Assembly (NCBI GenBank): GCA_001599295.1
Contig: BCGN01000004.1
Location: 872,138-936,137, forward strand
Direction of reading: 5' to 3'
Source: Sporopachydermia quercuum
Lineage: Eukaryota
Length of the DNA: 64,000 nt
Part shown: positions 13,476 to 26,832 of the stretch, piece by piece
How positions within the stretch are numbered: position 1 is the first letter of the stretch
Layout: each line of letters begins with the position of its first letter
Notes under the pieces: model-generated
The model's database searches: none
What the model saw: the letters and a program-made list of their open reading frames with translations, nothing else
What the model was told of the DNA's origin: nothing
Made by a program: the position numbers and the translations under genes

Positions 13476-14130
13476 ATGGTTGTTGATACTGAAAAACTTG
13501 CCCGATTACAAAAGGCTGCTGCCGCTGCTAGAATTGGTATGTAATGAGATTTTAGGAAGCGATGTGATTGGGAGTAATTGGCAGACATTAATATATATCA
13601 TGAATTATATTTATACTAACAAACAATAAAACAGGGTATGGAAGAATTGAAGACGATTATTTATGAACCAATTTTTGAATTTTGAATCAAATTACTAACT
13701 TTGAAACAGTGGTAAGGGTACACCAAGAAGAACCGTTAGAAAAGCCGGCCAAGGAAATGCTGTCGATGACAAGAAGTTACAAGCCACTTTGAGAAAGTTG
13801 AATGCTCAAAACATCCCTGATATTCAAGAGGCCAATTTCTTCCAAGACAACGGAAAAGTTATTCATTTCGACAGAGTTGCTGTGCAAGGAGCTGTTACCA
13901 GTAACACCTATGGTTTCTACGGTAAGGGTGAAGAAAAGGATATTGCTGAACTTGTACCTGGTATTTTGACTCAATTAGGATCTGAATCTCTTGATGCTTT
14001 AAGAGTTTTGGCCGAACAAATGCAAGCTCAACAAGCCGCTGCTGGTGCCACTGGTGAAACCAAGGAAGCCGGTGATGAAGAAATCCCTGAACTTGTTGAA
14101 GGTGAAACCTTCGAAGACAATGTCGAGTAA
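13476..14130 (+). CDS. EGD1: Nascent polypeptide-associated complex beta subunit (BTF3); exons 13476-13536, 13635 (1 nt), 13710-14130
   Basis: MVVDTEKLARLQKAAAAARIGGKGTPRR..DDKKLQATLRKL..ELVPGILTQLG is typical NAC-beta. The spliced length 61+1+421=483 nt is in frame. Confidence 0.95.
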
Positions 14131-15657
14131 ACAGTTTGTATATGATTTGGCTTAACAGCTGAAGTAGTTAACGCGATTTATGCTCATTCATGAAATTTGA
14201 CTGTAGAGATAGTTACAATGGTATCTTAATTATTCAAGAGTTGGTTTGGCTATTGAACAACCTGAATTATGAACTTGGAATCGGATTGTTATCTTGTTGA
14301 TGGTGTAATGGAACACTGAAGTATATTATTTTTTTTAGTAATGTGAGATTTTAGAGTAAACCGAATAACCATATACTTGTCTANCAATTTGATCTATTGT
14401 TTGATTCAAACAAATCAAGCTGATGATAATAATAATATATACCCATTCACTCTCCAAAAACGACCTGATACAAGTCTCATGCTTTATTTCAATCAACCTA
14501 CGAAACCCTACCCCAAACCTTCTTTTCTGGTCCTGTTTTTAAAATGATATCTAATGCTTTATTGTACTACTTCACAAATCTATCCATAGTTTTCGAAGCA
14601 TCACATTACGATTTTAGAGAATCATTTATTCGCTATCTGCGCGCTAATAATTTGGATCCGAGCAAAGTAGCACTGCACCAATAAATATTGACTACCTAGC
14701 AAACTAACTCACTTGTTCGTAAACAGGACGGAAGTTTTTACACAACCGAAGAAGTAGGACAATTGAATCAGTTATGTAACTGAAATGATGTAGTAAGTTC
14801 AACTGTTAAGTGGAACGAACATCCATGAAATCATCATGAAATCACTAATATATAAATAACCCTGACAGTTGAGTTATCTTTGAAGTAGCAGCCTGTTTAG
14901 GTTCATTAATTCTTTTCAAGAGATCGTAATTCTGACAGGAGTTACGAAAATAGGTTTGTCTCAGAAATTTAGAATCAAACAACATAGTCGGCATCCTTTT
15001 CAAAATTTTGATTGTTCTAGAAACCAGAATCAGGAATATCAAATCCGTATTCCAAAAGATGAAACCATTCCTCAATGAGGAAATAGCCCTATATACTGAC
15101 CTCTTTATTGTGAGGTAGTAGCTATTTTTATGCTTTTCTCCATCTTCCCCTATCTTATTGAGAAGGGATTGATGTAAGAGAGTCAATTGCTTCTGAAAAA
15201 ATTAAACTTCTTTTTTTTTGTTAGAAGGAAATTTCACGAAAAAAGACTTTAACTCTGCTTTTGCAGCTCTTGATAATATGAACTATAACTTTTAAGATGT
15301 AACTTTAACCTTCTTAATAAGAAGAACCAATTTAAGTTATTCGTACACAATGGATTAACTTCCATCATATGGTGTCTCGTATTAATCAAAAGTATATAAG
15401 ATCTCCATGCTTTACCTCAACCATCTAGTTTGTTGTTTGGTAGGGCTTGTTGGAAATAACCAGCTTTAAACGCATTGTATTTCTAGGTCACTTATCTAGA
15501 TATCTATCATCTACAAGAAAGAAATGCAAGGGAAATTTACCTTTGTGACGATAGTATATTGCGGAGAAATCAATTCTAGACCAAGCGGATTAGTAGTACT
15601 GTTTGCCCTATAGGAAACAACAGGTTATCATTAAAAAGAAATAGAAAATTATAAAAG

Positions 15658-17510
15658 ATGGTTCTTCACAAGCACATCGATACCGAAGCATTGGAAATAC
15701 GCCTGTTGGGAGGTTCTCAAAGGAAGAAGAATGTATTGGGAAATCCTGTTTCTCCTAATGACTACAGGCCATTGAAGAGAAACATCTCATCAGGAGGTTT
15801 AGCTAATGACATCAAGGATCATTATGTTTCCAGATACTCTTCTAGAGTTTTGATTCCTAAGTAGTAAGTGTAGCATTGACAGGTGTACGTTTTTATTAGC
15901 TTTTGATTTCTAACGTTAACATTCTGATAGTGCCATTCCTGAAACTGGTATCAAGCCTGAAAGTAAGTAACTTGATATTTTACATATATAGTCTATAGCC
16001 TGAAAGAAAGAAGTACTAACAAATATTTATAATAGACGCCTACCAATTAGTACATGATGAATTATCTTTGGACGGAAACCCAAGTTTGAATTTAGCTTCT
16101 TTTGTCAACACTTTTGTTTCTCCTGAAGCAGAAAAGTTAGCTAGAGAAAGTTTGGTAAAGAACTTGGCTGATAATGATGAGTATCCAGCAATGTTAGACA
16201 TTCATCAAAGATGTGTTTCCATTATTGCTAATCTATGGAATGCTCCTTCTACACTTTCTGCTATTGGAACTGCTACCACTGGTTCCAGTGAAGCAATCAT
16301 GCTTGGTGGTTTAGCTATGAAGAGAAGATGGGAAGCCAAGCGCAAAGCTGATGGGAAGCCAACTGATAAGCCTAATATCATTATGGCAAGTTGTGTTCAA
16401 GTTGCTTTGGAAAAGTTTGCCAGGTATTTTGACGTCGAATGCAGATTGGTTCCTATCAGTAAAGAATCTAATCATTGTCTTGATATTTCGAAGGTTGAAG
16501 CATTAGTAGATGAGAACACTATTGGTGTTTTTGCTATTATGGGTACAACTTATACAGGTCATTATGAACCTGTTGAAGAATTGTCCAAACTCCTTGATAA
16601 GATTCAGGAGAAAACTGGTTTTGATATTCCTATTCATGTTGATGGTGCGTCTGGTGGTTTCGTGGCCCCATTCTGTAGACCTGATTTGAAATGGGATTTC
16701 AGAGTTCCAAGAGTGTTCAGTATTAACACCTCAGGTCATAAATTTGGTTTAACTTCTGCTGGGTGTGGTTGGATTATCTGGAGAAGTAGAGATTTATTGC
16801 CTGATAATTTAGTTTTCCAACTACGTTATCTTGGGGGTGTTGAAGAGAGTTATACCCTCAATTTCTCTCGTCCTGGTCACCCCATTATTTTGCAATACTA
16901 CAATTTGATTCATTTGGGTAGAGAGGGTTACGCAAGACTTCACGGTAATTCCTTGAAAAATGCTAGGTTACTCAGTGCATTCTTGGAAGAAACTGGTTAC
17001 TTCGAATGTTTAAGTGTTATTCATCGTAAGCAGGGCCAAATGCATTTCGATGCTGATATCAAACCTACAATGGGACGAGACCATTCATTCTATAATCCCG
17101 GTTTACCTGTTGTTGCCTTCAAGTTCAGCGAAGCTTTCTCTGAAGTTTATCCTGAGATTCCTCAAGCTGCTCTTGCTTCTTTGTTGAGAAACAGAGGATT
17201 TATTGTTCCTAACTATCCTCTTTCTCCAAATGAAGATCAAATCGAAATTCTCCGTGTTGTAGTTAAGATCAATTTGACATTGGATATGTTGGATAAGCTG
17301 ATGACTGATATCGTTGAATGTACTGAATTATTGGTTGCTGCAGCTACTGCTGCAAGAAGGGTGACCACGTCTGAAGAAGGCAGAGCAACGGTTCATTCCG
17401 CTTTGGAAGCTTTGGTCAATTCTACTCCTACTCCTATCCTAGAAGACGAAGAAGAAGGAACAGAACAACCGGAAGTAGAAACTAAAACTGGGTACAGGGG
17501 TACTTGTTAA
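15658..17510 (+). CDS. GAD1: Glutamate decarboxylase (PLP-dependent); exons 15658-15863, 15931-15962, 16036-17510
   Basis: LDGNPSLNLASFV, GSSEAIMLGGLAMK, IHVDGASGGF and SINTSGHKFG (PLP lysine). Two GTAAGT introns join the 15658 ORF in frame. Confidence 0.96.
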
Positions 17511-17724
17511 AAGTAATGACGATGCTAATTTATTCATTGTTTCATTGGTTTAATTTTATTTCCGTTTATATGTAAATATTATTAGTTCAAGTAAACAACA
17601 ACACAGATAGCGCACCATTATAAAATTCTTTTGTTTAACTATACAGACCTTATTCACCTTAAATATAATTCATCATTTGAATGTAAATTGATATTTCTTT
17701 GACCGTTTTGACAATAGACTCGCT

Positions 17725-18315
17725 TCATGTTAAAACTGTTGTGGCAGTGGCACTAACATTAGATTGAGGTGTTTCCTCAACAGATTCTATTTTCTCTTTA
17801 ACATCAACACCGCTCAAAACGTATTGTGCAGCTAGTGGTATCATGATGCGGATAATATTCGAATCTGCGATATCATCAACTTCCTCCTTATTCTTAATTT
17901 CTTTCGTCATCACTTCATGCTCCGCAAATCCCAATGCCAGTTCAGAATCATCTAGAAACTCCTCGAAATCATACTCCATACCTTGTAACACTGCAAACTT
18001 GATAAAAGATTCTGAATGAATAATCTTTTTCTCTTCCAATTGGTCCAATAAAGGAAATATGCTTTCTCTTCTTCGTCGCTCGAGAACAAGGATTTCATAG
18101 AGCCGATCATGCATCATTGATGAGTATGTTGGTAAAGAAGAGCCAGTTAATGAATTTCCATGCGCAACTTTTTCCCTGACATCTTTCACACCTTTGAACA
18201 TATGTATATTGTAATCTAACTGATAATCATATACTTTGCTCAAAGCTTCTCTAGCCTCATCAGTAAGATTATCGAGAGATACCTGGGACAACTTAGAGAC
18301 GTCAATTCTTTCCAT
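17725..18315 (-). CDS. Hypothetical acidic protein, 196 aa
   Basis: ATG-initiated 591-nt ORF with protein-like composition, not overlapping other genes. No family recognised. Confidence 0.6.
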   Translation of the reverse strand: MERIDVSKLSQVSLDNLTDEAREALSKVYDYQLDYNIHMFKGVKDVREKVAHGNSLTGSSLPTYSSMMHDRLYEILVLERRRRESIFPLLDQLEEKKIIHSESFIKFAVLQGMEYDFEEFLDDSELALGFAEHEVMTKEIKNKEEVDDIADSNIIRIMIPLAAQYVLSGVDVKEKIESVEETPQSNVSATATTVLT

Positions 18316-18995
18316 CTTGAATGTATTAATTGTTAATATATATAATGACAGAAAACCAATTCAGTTTCGCTAGGTTGACTCAAGAAGCAAGATACATGGG
18401 ATCCAGAAAGCCCGAAACAACTAAAATGTAAAGTGGTCAACTTGTCATCAGTCTAGTGTCAATCAATCAGTTCTAGGTCTTAGACAAGCTGCAACTCAAT
18501 TGAATTCTCATAATGGTTTCCAATTCAAACGAGATGTGGCCTCCTAAGATGTTTTTAAGTTTAACATTCTAATGTCAACCTGCATGTCTCACTTTATAAT
18601 AAAGTTTACGACAATACAAGGTCAAGCTTAAACATAATGCCTAAACGTTATTCTCATTCTTATTAAATGATTACATAATCATTTAAACTCTTTGGAAGTA
18701 TTTCGGAAAAGATACGAAATAACTACGGACCGAGATAGAGACCTTCTAGTTTTTCACTGTCCGATGGAGAAAAACTAGAATGAGTTTCTCGAATCAAGAA
18801 TTATGCGATTATCAGGTATATCGAGCATTCTGTTTCGAATTGATTTTAGAACTCACATAATCAGAGAGTAGTTAAGCCATAAGAGTAGCTTGTACTGGTA
18901 TTAAGCTCATTATTTGTAAGAGTCCTTTGTTTCGATTCCCATGGGGTTCTGACTTGGATTCAACTCTTAACTCGAATCTCAAAATCAAATCACCA

Positions 18996-21900
18996 ATGAG
19001 TGTTATGCTCAAACGATCTTATAGATCGGTTGGTGTGGAATCTCTGACTAGCTGTAAATGCTTCAACAATCTATTGGGATACTCGTACAATTGTTCATTA
19101 TATTCAACTAAGGCTTCAAATGACAAAGNTGATCCTCATCAATATGCTCACACGCTGATCTTACCAGAAACAAGTTTCAGCAACCGATCTGATCCCGAAG
19201 CTAATAAGAAATATTTGAAAGACATTTCAGAGGATCTCTATAATTGGCAACAGAAAACTTTGGGCGATAAAGAGCTGTTCATTCTTCATGATGGCCCACC
19301 ATATGCCAATGCAAACCTTCATTTGGGTCATGCTTTGAACAAGATCTTAAAAGATATCATCAATAGATTCAAGCTTCTTGATGGTAAGCAGGTGAATTAC
19401 GTTCCAGGATGGGATTGCCATGGGCTTCCTATTGAATTAAAAGCTCTAGAAGCTATTGCAAAAGGTGATGATCCTTCAATTACATTATCAGGGCCTCGTA
19501 TTCGGTCAATTGCTCGTGAGCACGCTCAGCACGCAGTTGATGCTCAAATGAAAGCATTTAAATCATGGGCTGTTATGGGAGATTGGCAGAATGCATATAA
19601 AACCTTTACTACTGATTATGAGGTCAGACAGCTCAAAGTTTTTCTTACTATGATGAGTCGTGGATTAATTTCCAGGAAACGTAAACCAGTTTATTGGGGA
19701 TGTGAAACGCATACAGCTCTTGCTGAAGGTGAATTAGAATATAATCCTAAACATAGATCTGTTGCTGCTCATATTATGTTCCCTGCAGTTGAAGTCTCTT
19801 CTGAGTTGGAAGAGGCGATTGAATCTCAAGGTGGTGAAACTTCCAAAGATATAATCAAGAACTTGAAGTTCCTTATTTGGACTACCACTCCTTGGACTCT
19901 TGTTGCTAATAAAGCTATAGCTATCAACAGACATATCAACTATTCTATACTAAGCACTAAAGAAAATGGCTATGTTGTGTGTGCAGAATCATTAGTGAGT
20001 GCTTTACGCAATCAATCAGAATTCAAAGATAAACCAGATGAGTTGTTGGAAGTAGTCTCTCAAATACCTGGTTCAGCTTTGGTTAAGTCATATTATCATA
20101 ATCCTCTATTGGATGATGATTCGAAATTTCCTGTGCTTGCAGGTTCTCATGTTAGTGATACTGGTGGTACAGGTTTAGTTCATACAGCCCCAGGACATGG
20201 TCACGATGATTATCTATTGGCATTGAAAACAGGCTTAGAAATTTATTCTCCGGTAGATCAATTTGGTCAATATTCTTCAGAACTACCGGCCAACCTTCAA
20301 TTCTTACAAGGTTTGAAAGTTTTAGCTGAAGGGCAAAAACAGTTGATTCCATTATTGGTTGAAAAGAAAATGGTGTTAAAATTACAGAGAAATTATCTAC
20401 ATTCTTATCCCTATGATTGGCGTTCAAAGAAACCAATTATTATTAGATCAACACCTCAATGGTTCGCTGATATTGGAAATATTAAACAAACAGCGTCTGA
20501 TTCATTAGATGACGTTAAATTTTTCCCAGAAGCAGGAAAAACAAGATTGTCATCTTTCATCAAAGATAGATCTGAATGGTGTATTTCTCGTCAGAGATAC
20601 TGGGGTGTTCCTATTCCTGCTCTTTATCGTAAGGATACCAATGAACCGTTGCTATCNGAAGAATCCGTTGCGCATATAATCAGGCAAATTGAGAAATTTA
20701 GTACCGATGCTTGGTTTGAACCAGAAGATGATGTTTCTCGATGGTTGCCGCCAGATCTAGCATCTCAGGGGACATCCTTCTATAAAGGAACTGAAACAAT
20801 GGACGTATGGTTTGATAGTGGTACCAGTTGGACAATGATTAAAGAAAAATCGTTTGCTAATAGAAAGCAGAATGCCCCAATTGCAGATGTGTATTTGGAA
20901 GGTTCTGATCAACATAGAGGTTGGTTTCAGTCGTCATTACTTACTAAAATTGCTACCAGTGATCCTGATACTGATGCAAAGGCACCTTTTGGTACTGTTA
21001 TAACTCATGGTTTTACACTTGATGAGAAGGGAAGAAAAATGTCTAAATCTTTAGGAAATGTAATTGTTCCAGACTCAATTATCTTTGGTGAGAAAAACAA
21101 ATTCAAGCCTCTAGGTGTTGACGGTTTACGCCTTTGGGTGGCTTATTCCGACTACACCGGAGATGTAACNGTTGGTAAAGGAGTTTTAGATAATGTAAGA
21201 GGTACTCTACAAAAGCTTAGAGTTACTTTTAGATATATATTGGGTCTTTTGCGTGATTACGACAACGTGGAGGTTCCCTACAATGAATTGCCTCCGTTAG
21301 AAAGATATGTTCTGTCGAAGCTAACAGAATTCAACAGATCCATTTATAGTCACTATACACAGTATAATTACAACAGAATCATTCAAGAACTCAACAAACA
21401 TATGAATACTGAGCTTTCAGCTACATATTTTGCTATCATTAAGGATAGCGTTTATGCTGATGGACTTTCTTCGCATAAAAGGAGATCAATCCAAACAGTT
21501 CTGAAACAGGTTTTCCAAGTTTATGTTAAGAACCTCGCACCTATTGTGCCTTTGATTACTCAGGACGCTTGGACACATGCACCGGATTTCATCAGAAAGG
21601 GTGCGAAGACGGTTTATGAGACTGGTTGGCAATCAATCCCAGACCAGTATGTTGATAAGGAACTCGTTGATAAGTTTGAGAAGATCTGGAAACTAAAAGC
21701 TGAAGTTCAGCTGCTTATGGAGAAAGCTAGAAAACAGGATAAGTATGTAGTGTGACGATTTTTATGGAAGTAATGATACCAGAGAAGGAACCAATGTTGA
21801 TGGAAGGAGCATTGAATGTTGAATTGTATGAAGAATATTAACAAATTTATTATTTTAGACGCGTTGGGAGCTCGTTAGAGTGTGATGTTATTATCCAAAC

Positions 21901-22356
21901 AGCTGATGACTCAGCTATAGGAAAACTATTGATTGCTCATGGTAAGTTCACTATATTAAGATCTCTTTTGGTTTTCCTCTTGTTGTACGAGATATAATGA
22001 TTGAAGGACAGGCATTTGTATATTCATGCAAGCATCCCAGGAATCTGAAATTATGGCAACTGTATNCAGTTTATAATTGCTGTTCATATAAGTTGTTTCT
22101 TCTATCGTTCATTACTAACAAACAATTAGCTGCTGACATAGCTGATTATTTCATTTGCTCTAGTGTTTCATTAAAACCGGAAGAAAAAGATTTTGATTGG
22201 AGCTATCAAAATTCTGTCGTCATTGGCAATGATATTTGTGAAGTCAAAGTTGTTCCAGCATCTCATCATAAATGTCCTCGTTGCTGGAAATACACAGCAG
22301 AAACTGAAAATGACTTATGCAATAGGTGTGAAGATGTTGTCAAATCATTAGTTTGA
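18996..22356 (+). CDS. ISM1: Mitochondrial isoleucyl-tRNA synthetase; exons 18996-21742, 21859-21941, 22130-22356
   Basis: [37 protein letters not shown] and KMSKS motifs. The C-terminal CPRCW..CNRC zinc finger is joined through two introns. Basic, Ser-rich presequence-like N-terminus. Confidence 0.95.
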
Positions 22357-22524
22357 TATTGATTGATACAGTTTTCATTAGATTATGATCCTTAGTGACC
22401 ATATCTAATCTTGTACATAACTGATTGTAAATAGAAGAAATATAGATATATAATGCGACAAAGAAAAAGATACTATGATATATACATATTTAATTTCAAA
22501 TGATATCCAAGAACTATACACTAA

Positions 22525-23426
22525 CTAAATTTTCTTGTCATCATCTCCAAGATTGATCCTTCTGATTGGTTTACGTTTAACTGATTGTTGTAGGTCAGCA
22601 TTGATTTCACCTCTGTTTGGGCTCCCGCCTTTGATCAGACTTGCAATAGATTTTAACCCCCTGAACGAAGGAGCAATGAAAACGCGTGCAAACCAAGGCA
22701 TTAGGGTTATCGATATAAACAATCTAAGGGGAAAGGCAGCCTGAAATGTGAGAAGTTAGTTTTGTTCTTGTTCATTTGCTTTGGAGTACTATACCTCTGA
22801 TAACAAGTACTATTTGAGAATGAGCCTAATAACAATACTTACCTTAACAATGGCATACGAAGCAGCACCTGTTAAAACAAGCTTGCTTTTATCTTCTACG
22901 CCAGCTTCCCAACCAAATTGTTGCATCTAAATTTATTTGAAAGCAAAGAGTTAGTCACAATTTTTCTTCTTGTTGAATATGCAGAGCCGCAATATATCGT
23001 ATTATAACAAACACTATCAATACTTACAATACTATCGATAAAAGTAGAGCCTTTTTCAATGAGAAAAGCAGGAATATCCATCGGCATTCCTCCAATTTTA
23101 TAGAATGTGTACCATAAACCAATGAATGGTATTATAGCTGTAGATTCATGCAATACTAGAAAAGCCGTAGTGTGCTCTAAAGGTGCATTGGAAAATTTAG
23201 AAGCATAAGATCTCATAAATTTAGGCAACATGTTAGTCGCTCGTTTAGAATATCTAGCTGCTCTTTCATCGACTGGTCTATTCTCACTTCTATTTGATTG
23301 CTGTCTTATACTATGAACTAAGATCCCTGATCTTAGTCTGGGTACATTCAAAGCACCAATTGGGCTTGCAACATGATAGCCCAACGGTCTTAAACCATTC
23401 CTTGAAAAATGAAAACTACTTAGCAT
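22525..23426 (-). CDS. MRX11: Mitochondrial Mrx11-like (FLILHELTA-motif) protein; exons 23426-23028, 22926-22843, 22740-22525
   Basis: HTTAFLVLHESTAIIP and GAASYAIVK|AAFPLRLFISITLMPWFAR. Two GTAAGT introns join the exons in phase. Lies between ISM1 and SSN3, as YPL041C does. Confidence 0.85.
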
Positions 23427-24017
23427 TTTGCTCAATATAACAGCTTGACTGATAATTATTTGTTATGTTTGACCTTAGCGCTTCCCTCTATAAATCAAAT
23501 AGCTATCAGAGTTGGTTCTAATCAGCCTGGATCAAAGCGATATACTCATCAACCTATAGTATTATCAGATATATGATTGAACATCAGCTATCAGTTGATA
23601 CAAGCTCAAACTTTTAATCAGATCAACCAAACCATTCAATCTGTTAAATATCCTGGAGTTTCTAAAAAGTCTTCCGAAGCTGAATTATCATTCAGTTTCT
23701 TTATTCAAAGTATCATTAATTGAAGAAAGTTCCTTCTTTACATCATAGCAAAAGGCGGAATCTATACAACGTTTGTTCGGAGACTTTATTGCACTACTTT
23801 AATATCGTTTCCGTAATTATGCTTTGATCTCAAATTGGTTATCTTAAATGTGAATGGATTGTATCGGCTGAATTCCTACTAGATGCTTTGATTTAGTATT
23901 TGATCTATCGTATGTCTCAGACGGAAGAGATCCTTTTTCAATGTCATACATAAGCTTGAGAGTTACAGAAGCTGTAAACAAGTTAGTCTGAGTGATTGAT
24001 CAGTAAACATACTTGAG

Positions 24018-25776
24018 ATGATTGCTGGTAGCAATACATTCAGTATAGAGCCTTACAGGACTCGAAAAGATAGAAGTAGAGTATCAGTCCTAGATAAATA
24101 TGAGATTCTGGGTTATATTGCAGCAGGAACTTATGGAAGGTATGGTTGTATTGACAGTCAAACATGACTGGAAAAATTCCATAAATTAAAGAGAATTGGA
24201 GAAATTTACTAACTGATTGTTCTTCCACCTAGAGTGTATAAAGCTAAGTCAAGGGACAAGTATGCAACCAGTATTACGAACAATGAACAGTGGTTGCACT
24301 TTGAGTTGAAACCATCTGCATAGAATTCGAAAATCGAAGTCCAGCTGTCAGACTAACAAATGTTAAATAGAAACAACAAAGCGTTATATGCTATCAAAAA
24401 ATTCAAAGGAGATAAAGAAGGAGAGATTCTTCACTATACTGGCATCTCTCAGTCAGCATGTAGAGAGATGGCTGTATGTATTACAATACTACAATTTGTT
24501 ATTACAGTAAATCCCTGAGAAGAGGGAACAATCTTGTTACAAATTTTTGAAACTAACAGAGTATTAATCAACAACTAGTTATGTAGAGAGCTAGATCATA
24601 GAAACATAACAAAGCTAGTGGAGAATATACTAGAGAATAAATGCATTTACATGGTTTTTGAGTTTGCAGAACATGATTTACTGGTATGTTGAATTGTTCA
24701 GTTACTCTAGTTGGGAGGCTATTGAGAAATAATTCGAGGATCTTTTTTTCCTTCAGTTTCCGGAGATATTGTTGTATTAACTATCTATAGCAAATTATTC
24801 ATTTTCATTCACATCCTGATAGGAAACCGATTCCTGGTTCTATATTCAAATCAATAATATGGCAAATATTAAACGGGGTCTCATACCTTCATCAAAACTG
24901 GATATTCCATCGCGATTTGAAGCCTGCTAATATTATGGTAACAAATGACGGAGTGGTGAAAATTGGAGATTTGGGTCTAGCACGGTTATTCAGTTCACCT
25001 TTACAATCTTTATACTCTGGTGACAAAGTAGTAGTGACAATTTGGTATAGAGCACCTGAACTATTACTTGGAGGTCATCATTATACGCCAGCTATTGATT
25101 TATGGGCAGTTGGATGTATATTGGCTGAATTACTTGCTCTAAGACCTATATTCAAAGGTGAGGAAGCTAAGCTCGACAACAAAAAAAACGATCCATTTCA
25201 AAGGAATCAAATGCAGAAAATTGTTGAGATTCTTGGAATGCCCAATAAATCAGTATGGCCAAGCTTACCTAGATATCCAGAGTTTCATAATTTACAAACT
25301 TTGAAGGCTTATCCCTATAGTTTGGAAACATGGTTTAAATCCGTTGGTGGTAGAAATCAGAATAAGTATAATTTGCTTTCTGCTCTACTGACATATGATC
25401 CGACTAAACGGATTACTGCTGCCGATGCTTTGCTTCATCCATATTTTAGAGAGGACTCACCTGTTACAGATAAGTAAGTTATTTCAGTATTTAAGTTCCC
25501 TGAAGCTATGATCAGAAATTTTCTCAACATCTATGTTGTATTATTGTCGATTGATTGACTGATTGATTGAAAGCTGAAGGATCACCTTATTTGTATTTGA
25601 TTTCTAAGTCTGTGTAACTAACATGTTTTACTTGAAGTGTTTTTGAGGGTCAGAAGTACGAATATCCAGCAAGAAGGATATCCAATGAAGATAACAATAT
25701 AATATCATCGGTTTCAGGAACAAAACGGTCGAGCAACATAGACGATTCTTTTCGCTTGAGGAAAAAGGTCAAGTAG
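24018..25776 (+). CDS. SSN3: Mediator cyclin-dependent kinase CDK8; exons 24018-24139, 24233-24259, 24371-24473, 24579-24683, 24791-25473, 25638-25776
   Basis: [49 protein letters not shown] and [17 protein letters not shown]. Five introns reconstruct one continuous frame. Confidence 0.96.
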
Positions 25777-26832
25777 AAATGACCACTGATATTTTGTGCA
25801 TATTTCAAATCTAAACACAGCTATGGGGCATGATTCTATCGAGACTACATTTCGTAATGTTGGAAGGCGGAAACAGACCTGAGAAAATGATAATTGAAAG
25901 GAATAATTTTAACAGTTTGAGAGAATGAGAGGATGTGTTACTACTCCCCCTAATATCCTTAGGATTCAGCCTCTAGTTCTTTCATATAGTCATTTAGTAC
26001 TAGTAGCCAATAGAATCTCACTACTGGCTTACCTTATGCTCTTTCCGCCACCAGTCAACGAACGAACTCAAATAATTTGAATAAAGTAATTCCTACAACT
26101 GTCTTAAACAATACATATTTTACTAGCTATAATTTCTCTTAATATTCTTTCCTTCTTTCAAATTCACTTGCTTGTCTATCATATGTTCTTCCCTTCCCAT
26201 CAATTCATGTCTCATGTCCCATTCCTTTTACTTGTCCTGTCTCTGTTCCTGTCCCATTTCCCATACACACATCCAAACTTGAAAATCCGTACAGTGTATA
26301 TTAGTTTCATAGCCCGAAGACTTTTTATTTCATAATATTAATTATCTTTCGTGATTAGTTGTTGATCTATTTTCAATGCTGCTGAGTTTATATAGGATTA
26401 ATATCAACGTATCTTTTTTCTTTCCCTTGCAACAGAATTCTTGACTGAATAAGTTTAGTGAATGCAAGTAGCACGGTAATTCCCATAAGTTGAATTAGTT
26501 TCTCTCTCATTTGAATTTTGAGTCGCAAGTTCACTGATTGACTGATTGTTCGATTCTGCTTTATATATATATCTTAACTGAGCTCAACAAACTCGTCTAT
26601 CCTGTGAGGTTGCTATGAAATCAATGAAATCAGGAGTATCTGAGTAAAGGCTTAAATCAGCTAAGAAAAGGTAGAAAACAGGAGAAAGATCTCGATAAGA
26701 TAATAGAAAAGATATGGAAACAGATAGAAAGACTTATGGTATTGTCAGTAAGTTTCGTCCTTATGAAGGTTCGTCAGAGTGAAAGGCTAGAAAAGAGAAG
26801 TAAAAGAAACCAGAAGACGATAGTGGTGTAAT

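Noticed and set aside
13536..13709. Stwintron (intron nested inside a donor or acceptor) as the explanation for the EGD1 structure
   Set aside because: Removing the first intron does not create a new split GT donor. The second donor GTATGG is already intact, and one exonic G is needed for frame.
14845..15186. 113-aa minus-strand ORF
   Set aside because: Non-ATG start, no recognisable motif, lies in the GAD1 upstream region.
21995..22055. Possible intronic C/D snoRNA in ISM1 intron 2
   Set aside because: Imperfect box C, too short, no evident guide.
24660..24683. Alternative CUG decoding (Ser/Ala)
   Set aside because: CTG occupies the conserved Leu in CDK8 EHDLLQ, which is consistent with the standard code (limited evidence).
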